Shown here in pieces: positions 35,984 through 48,000 of a DNA stretch of 64,000 bases. A program made the position numbers and the translations under genes. This DNA comes from Oopsacas minuta. Its lineage: Eukaryota; Animalia; Porifera. The notes beneath the pieces were generated by a model. It saw only the letters and a list, made by a program, of their open reading frames with translations, did no database searches and was not told where the DNA came from. Location of the stretch: positions 186,001-250,000 of the forward strand of contig JAKMXF010000309.1 in the NCBI GenBank assembly GCA_024704765.1, read 5' to 3'. Positions within the stretch are counted from its first letter, which is position 1; the number at the start of each line of letters is the position of its first letter.

Positions 35984-36436
35984 TGTACAGCTTTATATCA
36001 CTGATTGCTAATTATTTGGAAATAACAAAAGGTTGTATTAATCAGCTATTTAACCATGGAATCCCAGCTATATTTTATCAGTTAATAACCATGGATGGCG
36101 GATTTAGTTTACCTTCTTTTTTGGATGTTGTTTTTGGTCATTTTGAGGCACTCCTCGATTCCTTGGAGGGAAATTTACATACTTACCAACATCCCGTTTT
36201 TTTGAAACCACAATTCGAAGATATTCTTACCCTCAGTCAGTGGCGGCGCTAGCCAGCTGCTACTGCTGTGGTACAGGTTATTAAACTGGGGTATACTTAA
36301 ATTAATGTAATGAGGTGGGGCACAGGCCTTATCTCCACTCAGGGCCGCCTCTGCCCTCAGTGCCACATACGTATATATTAAAGTTGCATAAATCAAGTGA
36401 GCGTATAATAATGAGTAACGTTAACATTAGTAAAAT

Positions 36437-39400
36437 CTAATGTTCTTTTGGCATATCTTTCTGTGTATTAGATCTTGCACCAGAAACAATATTTTGACGC
36501 CTTTTATTAATTTCATGAAAGATGCTAGCCTCACTCAAATCAATAAGATCCTTACTTCTTGTCAACGAGAAATTCGTATCTAAAACATCACAATTTCCTG
36601 CGGTTTCTAACAACTTTTCTCGGAGAATGTTTTGCGCATCGTTGACATGTTCACTGATCAAATTATTTTGAATTACTTGCTTTTCTAATTGTTTAGCGTG
36701 TTCAGAAACTTTGTCCAAATTTGTGAGTCTATCTGCTTCCGCAATTAAATTATTCCCAGCTTTCTTGACCTCAGCATTGGCAATGGCAATATCCGTTTCA
36801 TGGATGTTTTCAGTGAAAATTCTCGGTACCTCTAACGCACTTTTTAACACTTTATTATGCTGGAAATCGAGTTTATCTGATTCTAAATTTGCTTTGAATT
36901 GGAATTGATTCAAAGCTGATTCGTTTTCATAAGCTAATTGTTGTTCAAGTGCTAATTTTCGCGATTCTATATCCAATTGCCATACTTCCATTTCCGCAAG
37001 TGCGGTTTTTGTCTCTTCATCTCTCGCTAGAATCCGTGTATTCAATTCTTTCTCTAGTTTACCAACTTCATTCGCCTTTTGCGTCAACATATGATCCATA
37101 AACTTCCCTCTGACGTCATCCAATACATGTAATTCTTTGATTTTCAATTCGCGGTTCAGAGCCTGAATTCGTTTTCTCTGTGCATTCACCTTTTCATCTT
37201 CCAATCTTAAAAGTCCTTTCCTATGCTCTTCCGCGTCGATAAGTTGTTGTTGTTGGCTCGCCCAGGCTTCTAATTGCGCTTTTCGTCGCTGACGTAATTG
37301 CTCAAGTTCCATAGAAGACTGTCTATTCTGTAAATACAACATTTCTTCGTCGCGAATTCTCTGCCGTTCGCGTTTTTGGTAATCAACAATGAAAATTGGA
37401 TATTTATCGAACACAGGATATGTTGGTGAGGACAATGCATTGAATTTAGTAAGGTTTTTGACCGGGCAGATTTGTGATGGGGTTGCTAGTTTAATTCGGT
37501 ACGCTTCTTTAATTATTTTTATCGCAGGAACTGTATTTTTCTGGTTCAATAATATTTCAATCGCTTCAATACTGTCGCATTTCATAATAGCTCCTCTCAT
37601 AGAGTTTAGAAATGATATGGCTATGTAGAGAATAAATCCTGGAGGCTGACTGAAAATATTATCCCAAATGCGAAGCCAATTTTCTCGATCGAAAACTTCC
37701 GAAAAAACTGTTTTTAAAAGTGGCCAAGCATACTGTTGACTTGTTATTTTATACGTTAACAAATGTTTGAGTAAGCTAGTGTCATGGTGAGCCAATAGGT
37801 TTTCTGTCAAGGCAAGAATGTTGATTGGGGGATTGGGGAAAAATTCGAACCATAAATATGCCCAGTTCAATAGAAGTGTAGCTGAAACTTCGAAAGCTAA
37901 GAGAGGATTGTTTTGATAAAGTTTGACAAATGGGAACACAAATTCTGGGAGATAGTCGATCTCCGCGAAAAGCGGTGTCCAATGGGAGAGTGCATTGACA
38001 CATTTTTCAAGTGCCCGCTGCAATTTTAGGCTTTTTAATGGGCATTTCACATGTAAATCCTTCCAAGCTTCATGTGGGCCTTTCTCAACTAACACAGAAT
38101 ATGCTTGTCGATTTTCAGGCAGTTTTAGGATATGTTTCCAAATAAACATTCGATACTTTTCTGGATATTCACCGAATTCTTTCACGATTTGAATCAACCT
38201 TTTAGAGTCTAAATTGATTCCATAACCTTGCGTATCTTGTTCATTACATTCTATATTCTCTTTAACCTTCCAAATATCTAATTCTCTCGTTTTTTCCTTG
38301 TCTTTCGAGGTTTTTTCAGAATTTTCTCTGACTTTTTGTATCACAATTTTTTTCTTTTCGAGTATAGTTTCCATATCGTAGATTCTGACAATGCCAGATT
38401 CCATAATACAGAGACAATATACGCCATCTGGACTCAATACAAAACGTAGAATATTTTCATAACAATTTTCGTTACCAATTGGATCACGAAAAAATAACTC
38501 AGTAACAATCTCACTTGTGATAATATTAATCACACGCAAACGACCATCTTGTCCTAAAAGTACAAGAAAACTACTCGAACCACCGTCAAAATTCCGCGCC
38601 AAAAATTCCATACTTTTCACAGCAGATATTCCATGTTTTGTTGGCAATTCAAGTAACTTGATCAACTGTTGATTCTCTAATTTCCAAATGTATAAATAAG
38701 GATCTCGACCAGCCCCAGCTAATAACTTGCCATCACGGGAAACAGCAATATAACGTAGTTTTGGGTTACGTGAAGCATCTTGTATCAATGGTGGGAGTTG
38801 TATTTTGTATTGATGCTCAAATGATAAGCTATGCCATGTGTGTATTGAATCGTCACGAAAGCATGTGAATATTAGTGTGGAGATTGGTATGTAAAACGCG
38901 GTTTTTAGACCCACACCTTCCCCACCACTAAGCGAGCGAACTTTTGAGTATGTACGGAGATCCCATACCGTACAGAATTGACTTGTAGTTGCTAGCAGGT
39001 AACAACCAGATGGGTGTAGTGAAAGTGATTGAATTGTGATTTTATCCTTACGGCCAAGTTGAGCGACAAATTTCGCATCTGCTATAGAATATACACGAAG
39101 TGAACAGTCACTCAATGCAACATACAATTCACTATCTGAAATATGGTTCCATAACAATGCAGTGCAAGTTGATGGTGTAGAAGCGAATAGAAAGTAACGA
39201 TTTTGTACCATTGAGAACAAATAAATCTTATTGGATTGATCTGCAATACAAAACTCATCTCCTGTGCTATTAAATGTTGCGTAGAGGAAATTGGGGTTGG
39301 AACATAGGCGAGTATGAGTTGGTATATATTCTGTATTGATAGATGGTAATGAGAGGGAAATCCCATTTGAAGGAGCACTGTTTTTGCCTTGACAGATGAC

Positions 39401-39550
39401 AAATAACAAGCCGTGTGTGTCAGGATATACTGTTGGTTTGTTTGAAGATCGATTGATTGTGTGAGGCAATAATCTGTGTGGTTTTTCATGCGTAGAACCT
39501 GGTTGTACATGAACTATTGAACAAGAAGGCTGTGACATGCTAGAATTCAA
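36437..39550 (-). CDS. TBC1D31: TBC1 domain family member 31 (WDR67): WD40 + TBC + coiled coil, single exon
   Basis: N-terminal WD40 repeats; FGEYPEKYRMFIWKHILKLPEN, LSHWTPLF..YLP.FVFPFVKLYQNN, WFEFFPNPPINIL; C-terminal coiled coil. Confidence 0.93.
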   Translation of the reverse strand: MNSSMSQPSCSIVHVQPGSTHEKPHRLLPHTINRSSNKPTVYPDTHGLLFVICQGKNSAPSNGISLSLPSINTEYIPTHTRLCSNPNFLYATFNSTGDEFCIADQSNKIYLFSMVQNRYFLFASTPSTCTALLWNHISDSELYVALSDCSLRVYSIADAKFVAQLGRKDKITIQSLSLHPSGCYLLATTSQFCTVWDLRTYSKVRSLSGGEGVGLKTAFYIPISTLIFTCFRDDSIHTWHSLSFEHQYKIQLPPLIQDASRNPKLRYIAVSRDGKLLAGAGRDPYLYIWKLENQQLIKLLELPTKHGISAVKSMEFLARNFDGGSSSFLVLLGQDGRLRVINIITSEIVTELFFRDPIGNENCYENILRFVLSPDGVYCLCIMESGIVRIYDMETILEKKKIVIQKVRENSEKTSKDKEKTRELDIWKVKENIECNEQDTQGYGINLDSKRLIQIVKEFGEYPEKYRMFIWKHILKLPENRQAYSVLVEKGPHEAWKDLHVKCPLKSLKLQRALEKCVNALSHWTPLFAEIDYLPEFVFPFVKLYQNNPLLAFEVSATLLLNWAYLWFEFFPNPPINILALTENLLAHHDTSLLKHLLTYKITSQQYAWPLLKTVFSEVFDRENWLRIWDNIFSQPPGFILYIAISFLNSMRGAIMKCDSIEAIEILLNQKNTVPAIKIIKEAYRIKLATPSQICPVKNLTKFNALSSPTYPVFDKYPIFIVDYQKRERQRIRDEEMLYLQNRQSSMELEQLRQRRKAQLEAWASQQQQLIDAEEHRKGLLRLEDEKVNAQRKRIQALNRELKIKELHVLDDVRGKFMDHMLTQKANEVGKLEKELNTRILARDEETKTALAEMEVWQLDIESRKLALEQQLAYENESALNQFQFKANLESDKLDFQHNKVLKSALEVPRIFTENIHETDIAIANAEVKKAGNNLIAEADRLTNLDKVSEHAKQLEKQVIQNNLISEHVNDAQNILREKLLETAGNCDVLDTNFSLTRSKDLIDLSEASIFHEINKRRQNIVSGARSNTQKDMPKEH

Positions 39551-39652
39551 TATATAATTATGGTTGTATATAAATTATATGTAGCGAACCCATAAGTCAT
39601 AGATTATAAATTTCTACTGGACCTTTAGCACGAGATACACAAAATAAATATT

Positions 39653-39788
39653 CAGTCAACTCCAGTTATATCGAAGTCTTAAATTGTACAAATATGCACC
39701 CCAAACCGTAAAAGTAACATACACTTCATTAGTTACATCGAAGTAATTATCGTGGTACCTTGAGCTTTGATATAACGAGAGTTGACTG
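39653..39788. mobile_element. Pogo/Tigger-type MITE in the TBC1D31/PSMD10 divergent intergenic region
   Basis: cagtcaactccagttatatcgaa ... ttgatataacgagagttgactg. Confidence 0.8.
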
Positions 39789-39848
39789 TAGTATATAACA
39801 TCTAGCAAAAGTTTTATTGATTCAAAAACATATTTGGAACATATACAA

Positions 39849-41140
39849 ATGTCTGTATCTGATCTTGAAACGTGTACCTATGCATACGAGGGGAAACTAG
39901 ATGATCTAACACAGTTCCTAACACAGAAACCCGAATTCCTAAACAAGAGAGATAGCAATGAGAGAGCTCCTATACATTGGGCTTGTTCTTCAGGAAACAC
40001 TGATATAGTCAAGATGCTGTTGGGTAAAGATGCTGAGATTAATGAGAAAGACGATTCTGGTAAATTAATATAGTAGATTTCTACAGAAGCAATCATGCAG
40101 ATATTTTGCAAAAATTCCATTCATTTATTTTTCAAAAAAATAAGATGGTTACCCATTTATTTGACAAATTGTACATGCTAAAAGCAGACCTTGAAGTGAT
40201 TCCTATCGATTACAATTTCGATCACCACTAATCCTGGCTAAAAGTTATGTAATAAATCTGTATTATACTTTTACGTAGGTTGGACACCATTAATGATTGC
40301 CTCATCAGCTGGCCATATAGATATAGCAGATATTCTAATTAAGAACAAATGTGAAGTGAATGAATCAAACCACACAGGACTTACAGCACTACACTACGCT
40401 GTTTCAAAGGATAATATTAATATTACTAAGATGCTAATAGCTAGTGATGCTGATATTAATGCTAGAGATAAGTATGGGAATACTACGCTACATAGAGCTG
40501 TTTCTATTGAGAAGACTGCAATGGTAGAGTTGTTGATTGAGGCTGGAGTTGGCTTGGATATACAGGTGATTTATTTTTTCAATCAATGCAAATAGTGTTC
40601 GAAGAAAATTACCTCCTACAGGGAGATACCCTATTTCGCATAAACGATGTGTATCCGCGTGGACTATTGACACCAAATTGGTACATACGGAATATTAAGT
40701 ATATAATTTTGGGGTGGAGATTTGCAACTGGGTATTAATTTTGTAAAAAGCCTTAAAATTGCTCACACTACAGGAAATGTCCAGACAAATATGCTCCACC
40801 ATACTACAAAAGGATAGGGAAGGTGGGCATGACGTGATCTTCCGATTATCCTAGTTGCGCTTGTGATCACCCCCTCCCAATTTTTGTCAGTATTCCTGCT
40901 TTTCGGACTGCACATATCTCGTCGAAATATTAAAAAACGGAATTTCGTCGCTTCGTGGAAGGCCAGAGTATGTAAATAATTTATTAATCTTACTAATCTA
41001 AGGATACAAGAGGTAACACTGCACTACACATAGCTTGTGAGATAATGAATCAAGGATTAATACAACTGTTGATAGCATCTGGAGCAGACAAGGAAGTGAA
41101 GAATAAAGAAGGAAAAACAGCTGTTCAGCTATTACACTAG
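39849..41140 (+). CDS. PSMD10: 26S proteasome chaperone gankyrin, 3 exons (39849-40059, 40279-40565, 41003-41140)
   Basis: Ankyrin repeats RAPIHWACSSG, DDSGWTPLMIASSAG, TGLTALHYAVSK, GNTTLHRAVS, DTRGNTALHIACE, KNKEGKT; phases are compatible across GT-AG introns. Confidence 0.88.
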
Positions 41141-41576
41141 TTTGTACTTAGAAATGAATATTAGAATTCGTTAATTGAATTATTAGTGAAGTTGAAAATA
41201 ATCTGGTATTTTTTCGGTCAGGTTTTCCATTACCTGATCCGGCTGGTTAGTTAAATCTATATTACGCATTCATTAAGCCTATGGAAAAAATTTTCGTGAA
41301 ATCGTGATTTGAAAATTTTTGTAAGGCGAACTTCCAAAGTATCCTTTCTTCTGAAAAAATTGCCAAATTGCAAATTTCGTCGAACTTCCAAATATCTAAC
41401 ATGTAGATGCGGGTATAAAAAGTGGCTACTTAGATGTACTACAAAGAATTGAATCAAGGGGAAAGAAATTGAAGCACACCACATTTAGCTCATAATTGAA
41501 AACGCTAAATTCATAATATTATTGCTGATATTGTATACATTTATCGTCACCATAACATGGAAGAAATAGGATAATA

Positions 41577-44500
41577 TTAAAACAGTGTTAACTCTCCAAT
41601 TAGGTCTTTCTGTGAAATAGTTTTTACAGAAATTCTGGACCGAAAATCTGTTGTAATTGAGCAGACCAAATGGTTGAAAAATGTTTTTTCGTTCTTTTCA
41701 TCAAATCTGTCGAAAGAGTGGAGATTTTCTTGAAGTTTTAAAGTCAATGATTCATAATTTGCTTGAATTAAGCTCATTACATCATCACTCGTTAATGAGG
41801 ACTTTTGATTATCCAAAGAATATTTGTCAATTTTCGGCACAAAGTACCGAACAATTGCGAGTAAATTCTGTAAGCTATCTTTTAACTTTGGAACATTTTC
41901 TACATACTCCACCGGACGTTTTTTCAGCACTTCGTCAATCTTTTCGAACGCATTATTTTCGCGAATTATTTCATAAAATAATTCGTCATATATTTTCGGT
42001 GAAGACAAAAATGTATCACCGTAGGTAATGAACATATTGAAAATAACCAGAATCCTATCCATAATCAACATTATATCCATTCGCGAAATGAGATAGTTTT
42101 CATGGGATAATAAAAACCGCATCATTGTGAAGAGTGAAAACCACAAATTCGACCATTGATAGAACATGCGAATACAATTCCTGTTTTGGAAACAAATTAA
42201 GCGATGAATAACACCCAAACATTTCAAGCATAAATCTAAATTCAAACTTTTCCTCAACTGCCCACGGATAAATTCCGACATCAAATCAAGTATGTGACCG
42301 GCTAGTGGTAAATTCTGAAGATTTTCATTGGCAGGAAACGGAATCGGAGACACCATATGCGGTTGTTTATAGAGTTTTACAGGGAAAGGGAGATTACGAT
42401 CATGTAGGATTGTTCCAGCATAATGATCTTCAGCTAAACATATTAAAATTGTTAAACAAAGCCTTGCACGCTCTGACCAATCATAAACATTATTAATCTG
42501 GAGAAACACAAGAGAAGAATACGTAAGGAAAGTGCCCATTAAGTTGACAGGTGCTTGTGTCGCAGTATTGTCAGTTATTGGTGTAGTTGGGACCGAGTTT
42601 GACTCGGAGCGCGAAACAGATTGCATGAGGTTGTGGAATACGGCTTCTACTGCTGGACCCTGCATGCCGAATAGTGTATGCGTATGCATTAAGGCATCAT
42701 TTGTACTGGTTAGTATAGATATAAAGTTCCTATTCAGATGGACAGCTTCGTACATTGCTAATAATACTGCATCGTTTGTTTTGGAGGAGAAGGAAGGTCC
42801 TTGTACTTGTATGATGTCATCTCTTTGCTGGCCTGGAACGAAACTGCCAATGTAGTTACCTGGATATTGAAGGAAAATTTTTAATCTGTGTTTTTATCAA
42901 AAACATGCAAAAATACAGAAAAATATTATTAGAGAAAAATTTGAAAATCAAGGCATTTTGAGATTGAATTCAGGACAAAAGTATATAGTGAGTTGGAAAG
43001 GTTATGTTTGCATGTGATAAGACAGCAGGTAAGCAGTGTTGCCAGATCAAGAACACTGTTCATAGATTTTGCTTTACATGTAATTTTGACCTATGCCAAG
43101 AACTTGGCATGAACCAAAACTATGCATGAACTTTTCAAGTTGTAAAGCTAATAAATTCATTTGTTTTGATTGTACCTAATCTTGACATAACTCCAGAAGA
43201 TTGCTGTCTTTTCTCAAACATTTTCTCTTCAAGAGAAATATGTTCTTTCAGTGCAGAAGAAATGACACAGCCCAGCCCATTAAGAGTTAGAATATCGTCT
43301 AGCAAACTGAACTTTATCACGTATGGATGTGATGAAGCATTCTTTTTATAGCTAAGAAGTAGAGTTAGTATTAATACTGAATCATATCCGTGTTTGTCTG
43401 TGAGATCAGCTCGTGCCAGGATTTGCTAGAAACAGAAAATATTGAAATACAGAAAAGCATCAACAAGGTTTGGCAAATATTGAAATCGGTTGAAATCTCT
43501 GATACAAGAACATCTGTTCATATTTCCAAAAGTAAGAAAATATCGAGGAAATCTGGAAAATACCGTAAAATATTGAAAATTTCGGAAAGAACATCGAAAA
43601 GTTTTGATCTTTTTGTAGATTTCGAAATTTCAATAGCTTCTCGCTAGTACCGATATTTTCGATATTTCTTCACTTCCTACATATTGGTACAAAATGTTCC
43701 CCAAATAGTAGGCACATACATATATTTATGCTTCCAATCAATTTCCTTATATACCTTCAACGGCTCAAACACAGAAGTACTCATGAAAAATGGCAACATA
43801 GCGTTATCATTAACATCCTGTTCAGCTGTCAACATCAACAACATTAGTTTAAGACATAAGTTCTTGAGAGAGATAGGATATTCATCTGTTAGAATCCTAC
43901 TCATATTTTTAATCAAATTCTTCATAGCATCCTCATTATCAGGTGTGAAAAGTAAACTTAGAGGATCACTGGTGGATTCTGCTATTTTTTTCTTGAATGA
44001 ATCTCGTATTAGAATACAGAGGGTTTGTAAAGCATTGAATGCTCGGATATGATGTTGAGCTAAACAAGAGAAATAAACATTTTCCTAATTCTTAGTTCAA
44101 ATTTTGGCACCGACACAGGGCCTCTGCTTCACTGAATAAAGTTATGTCTGATAATGGGAAATACGTATACAAAAGCCTTTCTAACAAACATAGGCTCCTC
44201 GGAGTCTGAGTGGGAACAGATGGCATCATGCCTATTTGTATTATGGCGGATTCGAATCTGGGTGTACCAACCCAAAATGGCCTACTATGCTGACAAGAGA
44301 AAACTCTCTATTATGACTATTTCTGACCTTTCCCGGATTAGGAATTTTAAAACAAGTGAAGGATTAAAATTCCGTGTCCATATCCAATTGATGTATATGA
44401 GCACATTAACTCGTCTACAAACTCCAATCCAAAGAACCTAACCTATCGAAATATACATACGAAAAATCTTACTTGATTCCAGTTTTGAGGAATGTAGAGC

Positions 44501-44866
44501 TTCAACTGAATGCTGAAACAACATCTGCAACACATACTTAATCTCAATCAGCCTCTCCCAAGGAGTGTGATTAATCAAATTCTCCAAATGAGTTGGGTTA
44601 GCTTTGAGAAGGAAGAATTCATCCCAAAAACTTGTTTTACCTAAAACTGGATCCTCACCTCTAAACCAATCATCGTATATGGTAACTATTTTCTCACAAA
44701 TTAGTTTAATTGGTGGTTGTATTGGAGGTGTAGGGTCATCATTACTGGTATTATGTTTCTGTTTGTTACTTGGTGTTAATGGCTTGTTAGTTGGTAGAGT
44801 GATACTGTGTCCTATAAGTTCGTCTCTGTTCTCACTTTCAGGCAATCGGGAATATACTAACGACAT
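41577..44866 (-). CDS. ARMH3: Armadillo-like helical domain-containing protein 3 (C10orf76), 4 exons (44866-44473, 44059-43755, 43425-43176, 42859-41577)
   Basis: EKIVTIYDDWFRGEDP..FWDEFFLLKAN, IRAFNALQTLCIL, SLKNLCLKL, HGYDSVLILTLLLSY, LAMYEAVHLNRNFI, FNMFITYGDTFL..YDELFYEIIR. Confidence 0.92.
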
Positions 44867-45036
44867 ACTCTAATAACAAGTAAGTAAATGAACTTACTTT
44901 TCTTCCATTGGATTATTTGCAAAGTTATATCATTATTAACAACCAAGTATACTTAAATCAATGTAAAATAGTACATCAAAGGTTCAATAAGATAAAAATT
45001 CAAAATATTAGAAAGTATTTGTCAAAAATTTTTTAT

Positions 45037-48000
45037 CTATTTACTAAAAACATGAAGTCGATAATGAGATTCCAGGTCCTTAATAACCTCGTCCTCAGTA
45101 AGATTACTCCAATTTTCTTGAATGTAAGGATTCGATTGAATTTTAAAATGCTCAACAAAATCTTTCTCAAATTGACAAAGGACCCAGTGCCAATACTTAG
45201 AGTCAATAGCATCTTCACCCAGAATTTTCCAAGATCTAAATCTTGAATTAACTCTCCTGTAATGAATGAATTCATATAGCAGATCGTTGTAATAGAACCT
45301 TCCTCTATCTCTGAGATTCGTAGTGCACTCATTGTAACATATTTGATTGGTATATCTATCACGCCAGCCGCTGACTCCCTGTGGACGATGAAAGGTACCA
45401 CAGTAGTGTTTATGATCACCACACGATAATTGACAAAGTTCATTACAAAATGGACACAGCTCTTCACATTCGAGGATAGAATCTGTAATTCTTTTATATA
45501 GAAAAGTTTCCAATTTAAGAGTGTCAGTAATCCATATTAACCAGTCGGTATCGTTCGCCATTCGTCGCAATTCTTTTGCAAATAGGCCAGAGAATTGCTG
45601 ATAATTTGAAATCGTGTAAAGGTCTAATACATCTAAGTCATTGTATGTAACATCCCGAACTTTACACTTGATTTGCGTATAGAAGGACTCTTTGAACCTG
45701 ATTAACATATCTGCATTGGGGCTGCTCTCGTCATCTGGACATGCATGTGAACATTCAGAAATGAAAAAGTCAATCAGAATCTCGACATTCTTACTGATAT
45801 TATTTACAACCTTCTCCATTATATCATTTCTTTTTGAGTAAGTGGTAAGGGTATTCTGAATATTCTGAGATAAATAATTAATTGGATGATAAATATATGA
45901 TAAATAATTATTAAAGTTTTTATCGCGAGCTAAATCCTTTAGAATAGTAAGAATCAGAGAAGGTCTGTCTGAATATGTGATAATATTCTTTGAGTCATTC
46001 ATAAATGCTGAAAGAAATTCCCGAGAGACACTATCAGCTAACCCATTTTTCAATCCAGAGAATACAATTTTAGCAAGTTCAAGAGCACAAAGATATTCTG
46101 ATTCGATACCTTCACACAGTTTACTGAAAGTTCTTCTTAGTATTTCCTCCAAATATTCAAATTTTAGATCAAGACTTGTTCTTGAAAGAAATTCGTCTTG
46201 GATTTTTTGAAGCATTGGGATAGCTTTACAACAATTGAAAAATATCATATCATAAATAAAATCAGTTGTAAGTTCTAGGGGCTGTTGAGAAACTTGTTGT
46301 TGAGTAGAATTATGTTTACTCAAAATTTGGTGACAAATATCAATAATAATTAGGAAATAATTAGGGTCGTAGGGACTCTGATTCTTCAAAAGAGTTGACA
46401 AATAATCGTCAATTTTCCTTTCACATTCAGAACTCAAAATACTCAATATAATTTTAAATTGGGCATTGCCAACGTCTTCCTTTGATTCCTTAGAAAAGAT
46501 CGATCGAATATATCCAATGCCCAATCTTACCTTTGACACCATATCGTGAAGATAATAGTATGAATTAGATGTATTTTGAGGTTGTAAACTCGATAAATGT
46601 TGGAACTTTCCATTTCCAATATTAACAAATTCATCGCAATTAGAAAGAATCATTTGTTTGTCAGCTAGCACATTCATTGCTTTTATCAAAGGGGAATCGA
46701 TATAAGCCTTCTGCAGGTCTCTACTTATGTCACATAATTCCACTTTTTCAACCTGGATTTCTGATTTCCACTCATCCCAAATAGAATTAAATCTTGACTC
46801 AACAAGAGATTTGTCACTTAATGATTCTCCTTTTTCTATAGTCTCTGTAAATAATTGATGTACTTTTAATAAAATTTCTTTACGAGATCTGACAAAATTT
46901 TCATCCATTTTTTTCTTATTTTTTTGAAGTTTGTAGATTGAATTTAAATCTTCTTCCATTTTGTTGGTATGTTTTTCCCGCTTACATTGAAAGTAATTTT
47001 CAGTATTACCCTTCCATTGAGAATAAACTTCTACATTGTCATGAACAACAAAATAATTTTGTAGTAGATCTTCCTGAGTAGTAATTCCAATTGAAGGAGT
47101 TAATTTTTCTTGCTGTAAATTTGAAACTAAGTTGGCACGAATCTCATCTAGCTCATCAAAATCAGCATTGAAGAGTTGGTTTATAGATTCTGATTTTGAT
47201 TTATTAAATAATTGAATATATGAAGAATGCCAAGAGGAAATTCTACGATCCAGTTCGAACCTTGAAGTGACTTCAAGGGCATTTTTATAAGAAAAGATAA
47301 AATTCTCTTCCAGAACAGATTTCCAGAGGGCCTCAAGTTTTATCGACCAATTCATGACTGTTTGAAACTTTTTATTTGGAGTGTTGACAAAACAAGTTAG
47401 TATATATTGTCTGAGATTCGCTGCCTTCTTTGAATATCCAATGGAAACTTTATTCAATGGAGGTTCGCCTTCGAACAAACCTGGAAAATAGAAAACTTCT
47501 TCATTTAGATTGAATTCGATTACGTCAGTGAATTGCTTGTAAAATAAGTTCTTATTTTCTTGTTGTGCTGCACATTCAGTCATCTTATCTAATGTCTTAA
47601 TCAGATTACTTCTTGCAGTTAGAAGATTAGTATGGGCATGGGTATCAGGCACATTCTGATGCACAAACATACATCTTGGTTTGATATATGATTCTTTCAT
47701 TCGAATGAATGCAAATATGATAATTTGTAAAATGTCCTGAACTTCACCATGTCCCTCTCCATATAAATTGATAATAGTCATATCTCCAAGGCCTATCGCA
47801 ATAGTGGCAAGTTCATTGTCTCGCCTATAAGAAGAATCGATTGATAATTCTGGTGCTCGTAGTCCTTCAGTATCAAGTAGGACGAGGTAATCATATCCCA
47901 GTTTAGTGCGAAGCATAGATTCAATTGGAATTAATTGCATGAATATACCGCGTGTACAGCGACCGGAAGAAACAGGAAACTTAGCCCCAAACATAGTATT

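Noticed and set aside
40622-40680. Possible cassette exon in PSMD10 intron 2
   Set aside because: The encoded peptide does not fit the ankyrin register; exons 2 and 3 join cleanly without it.
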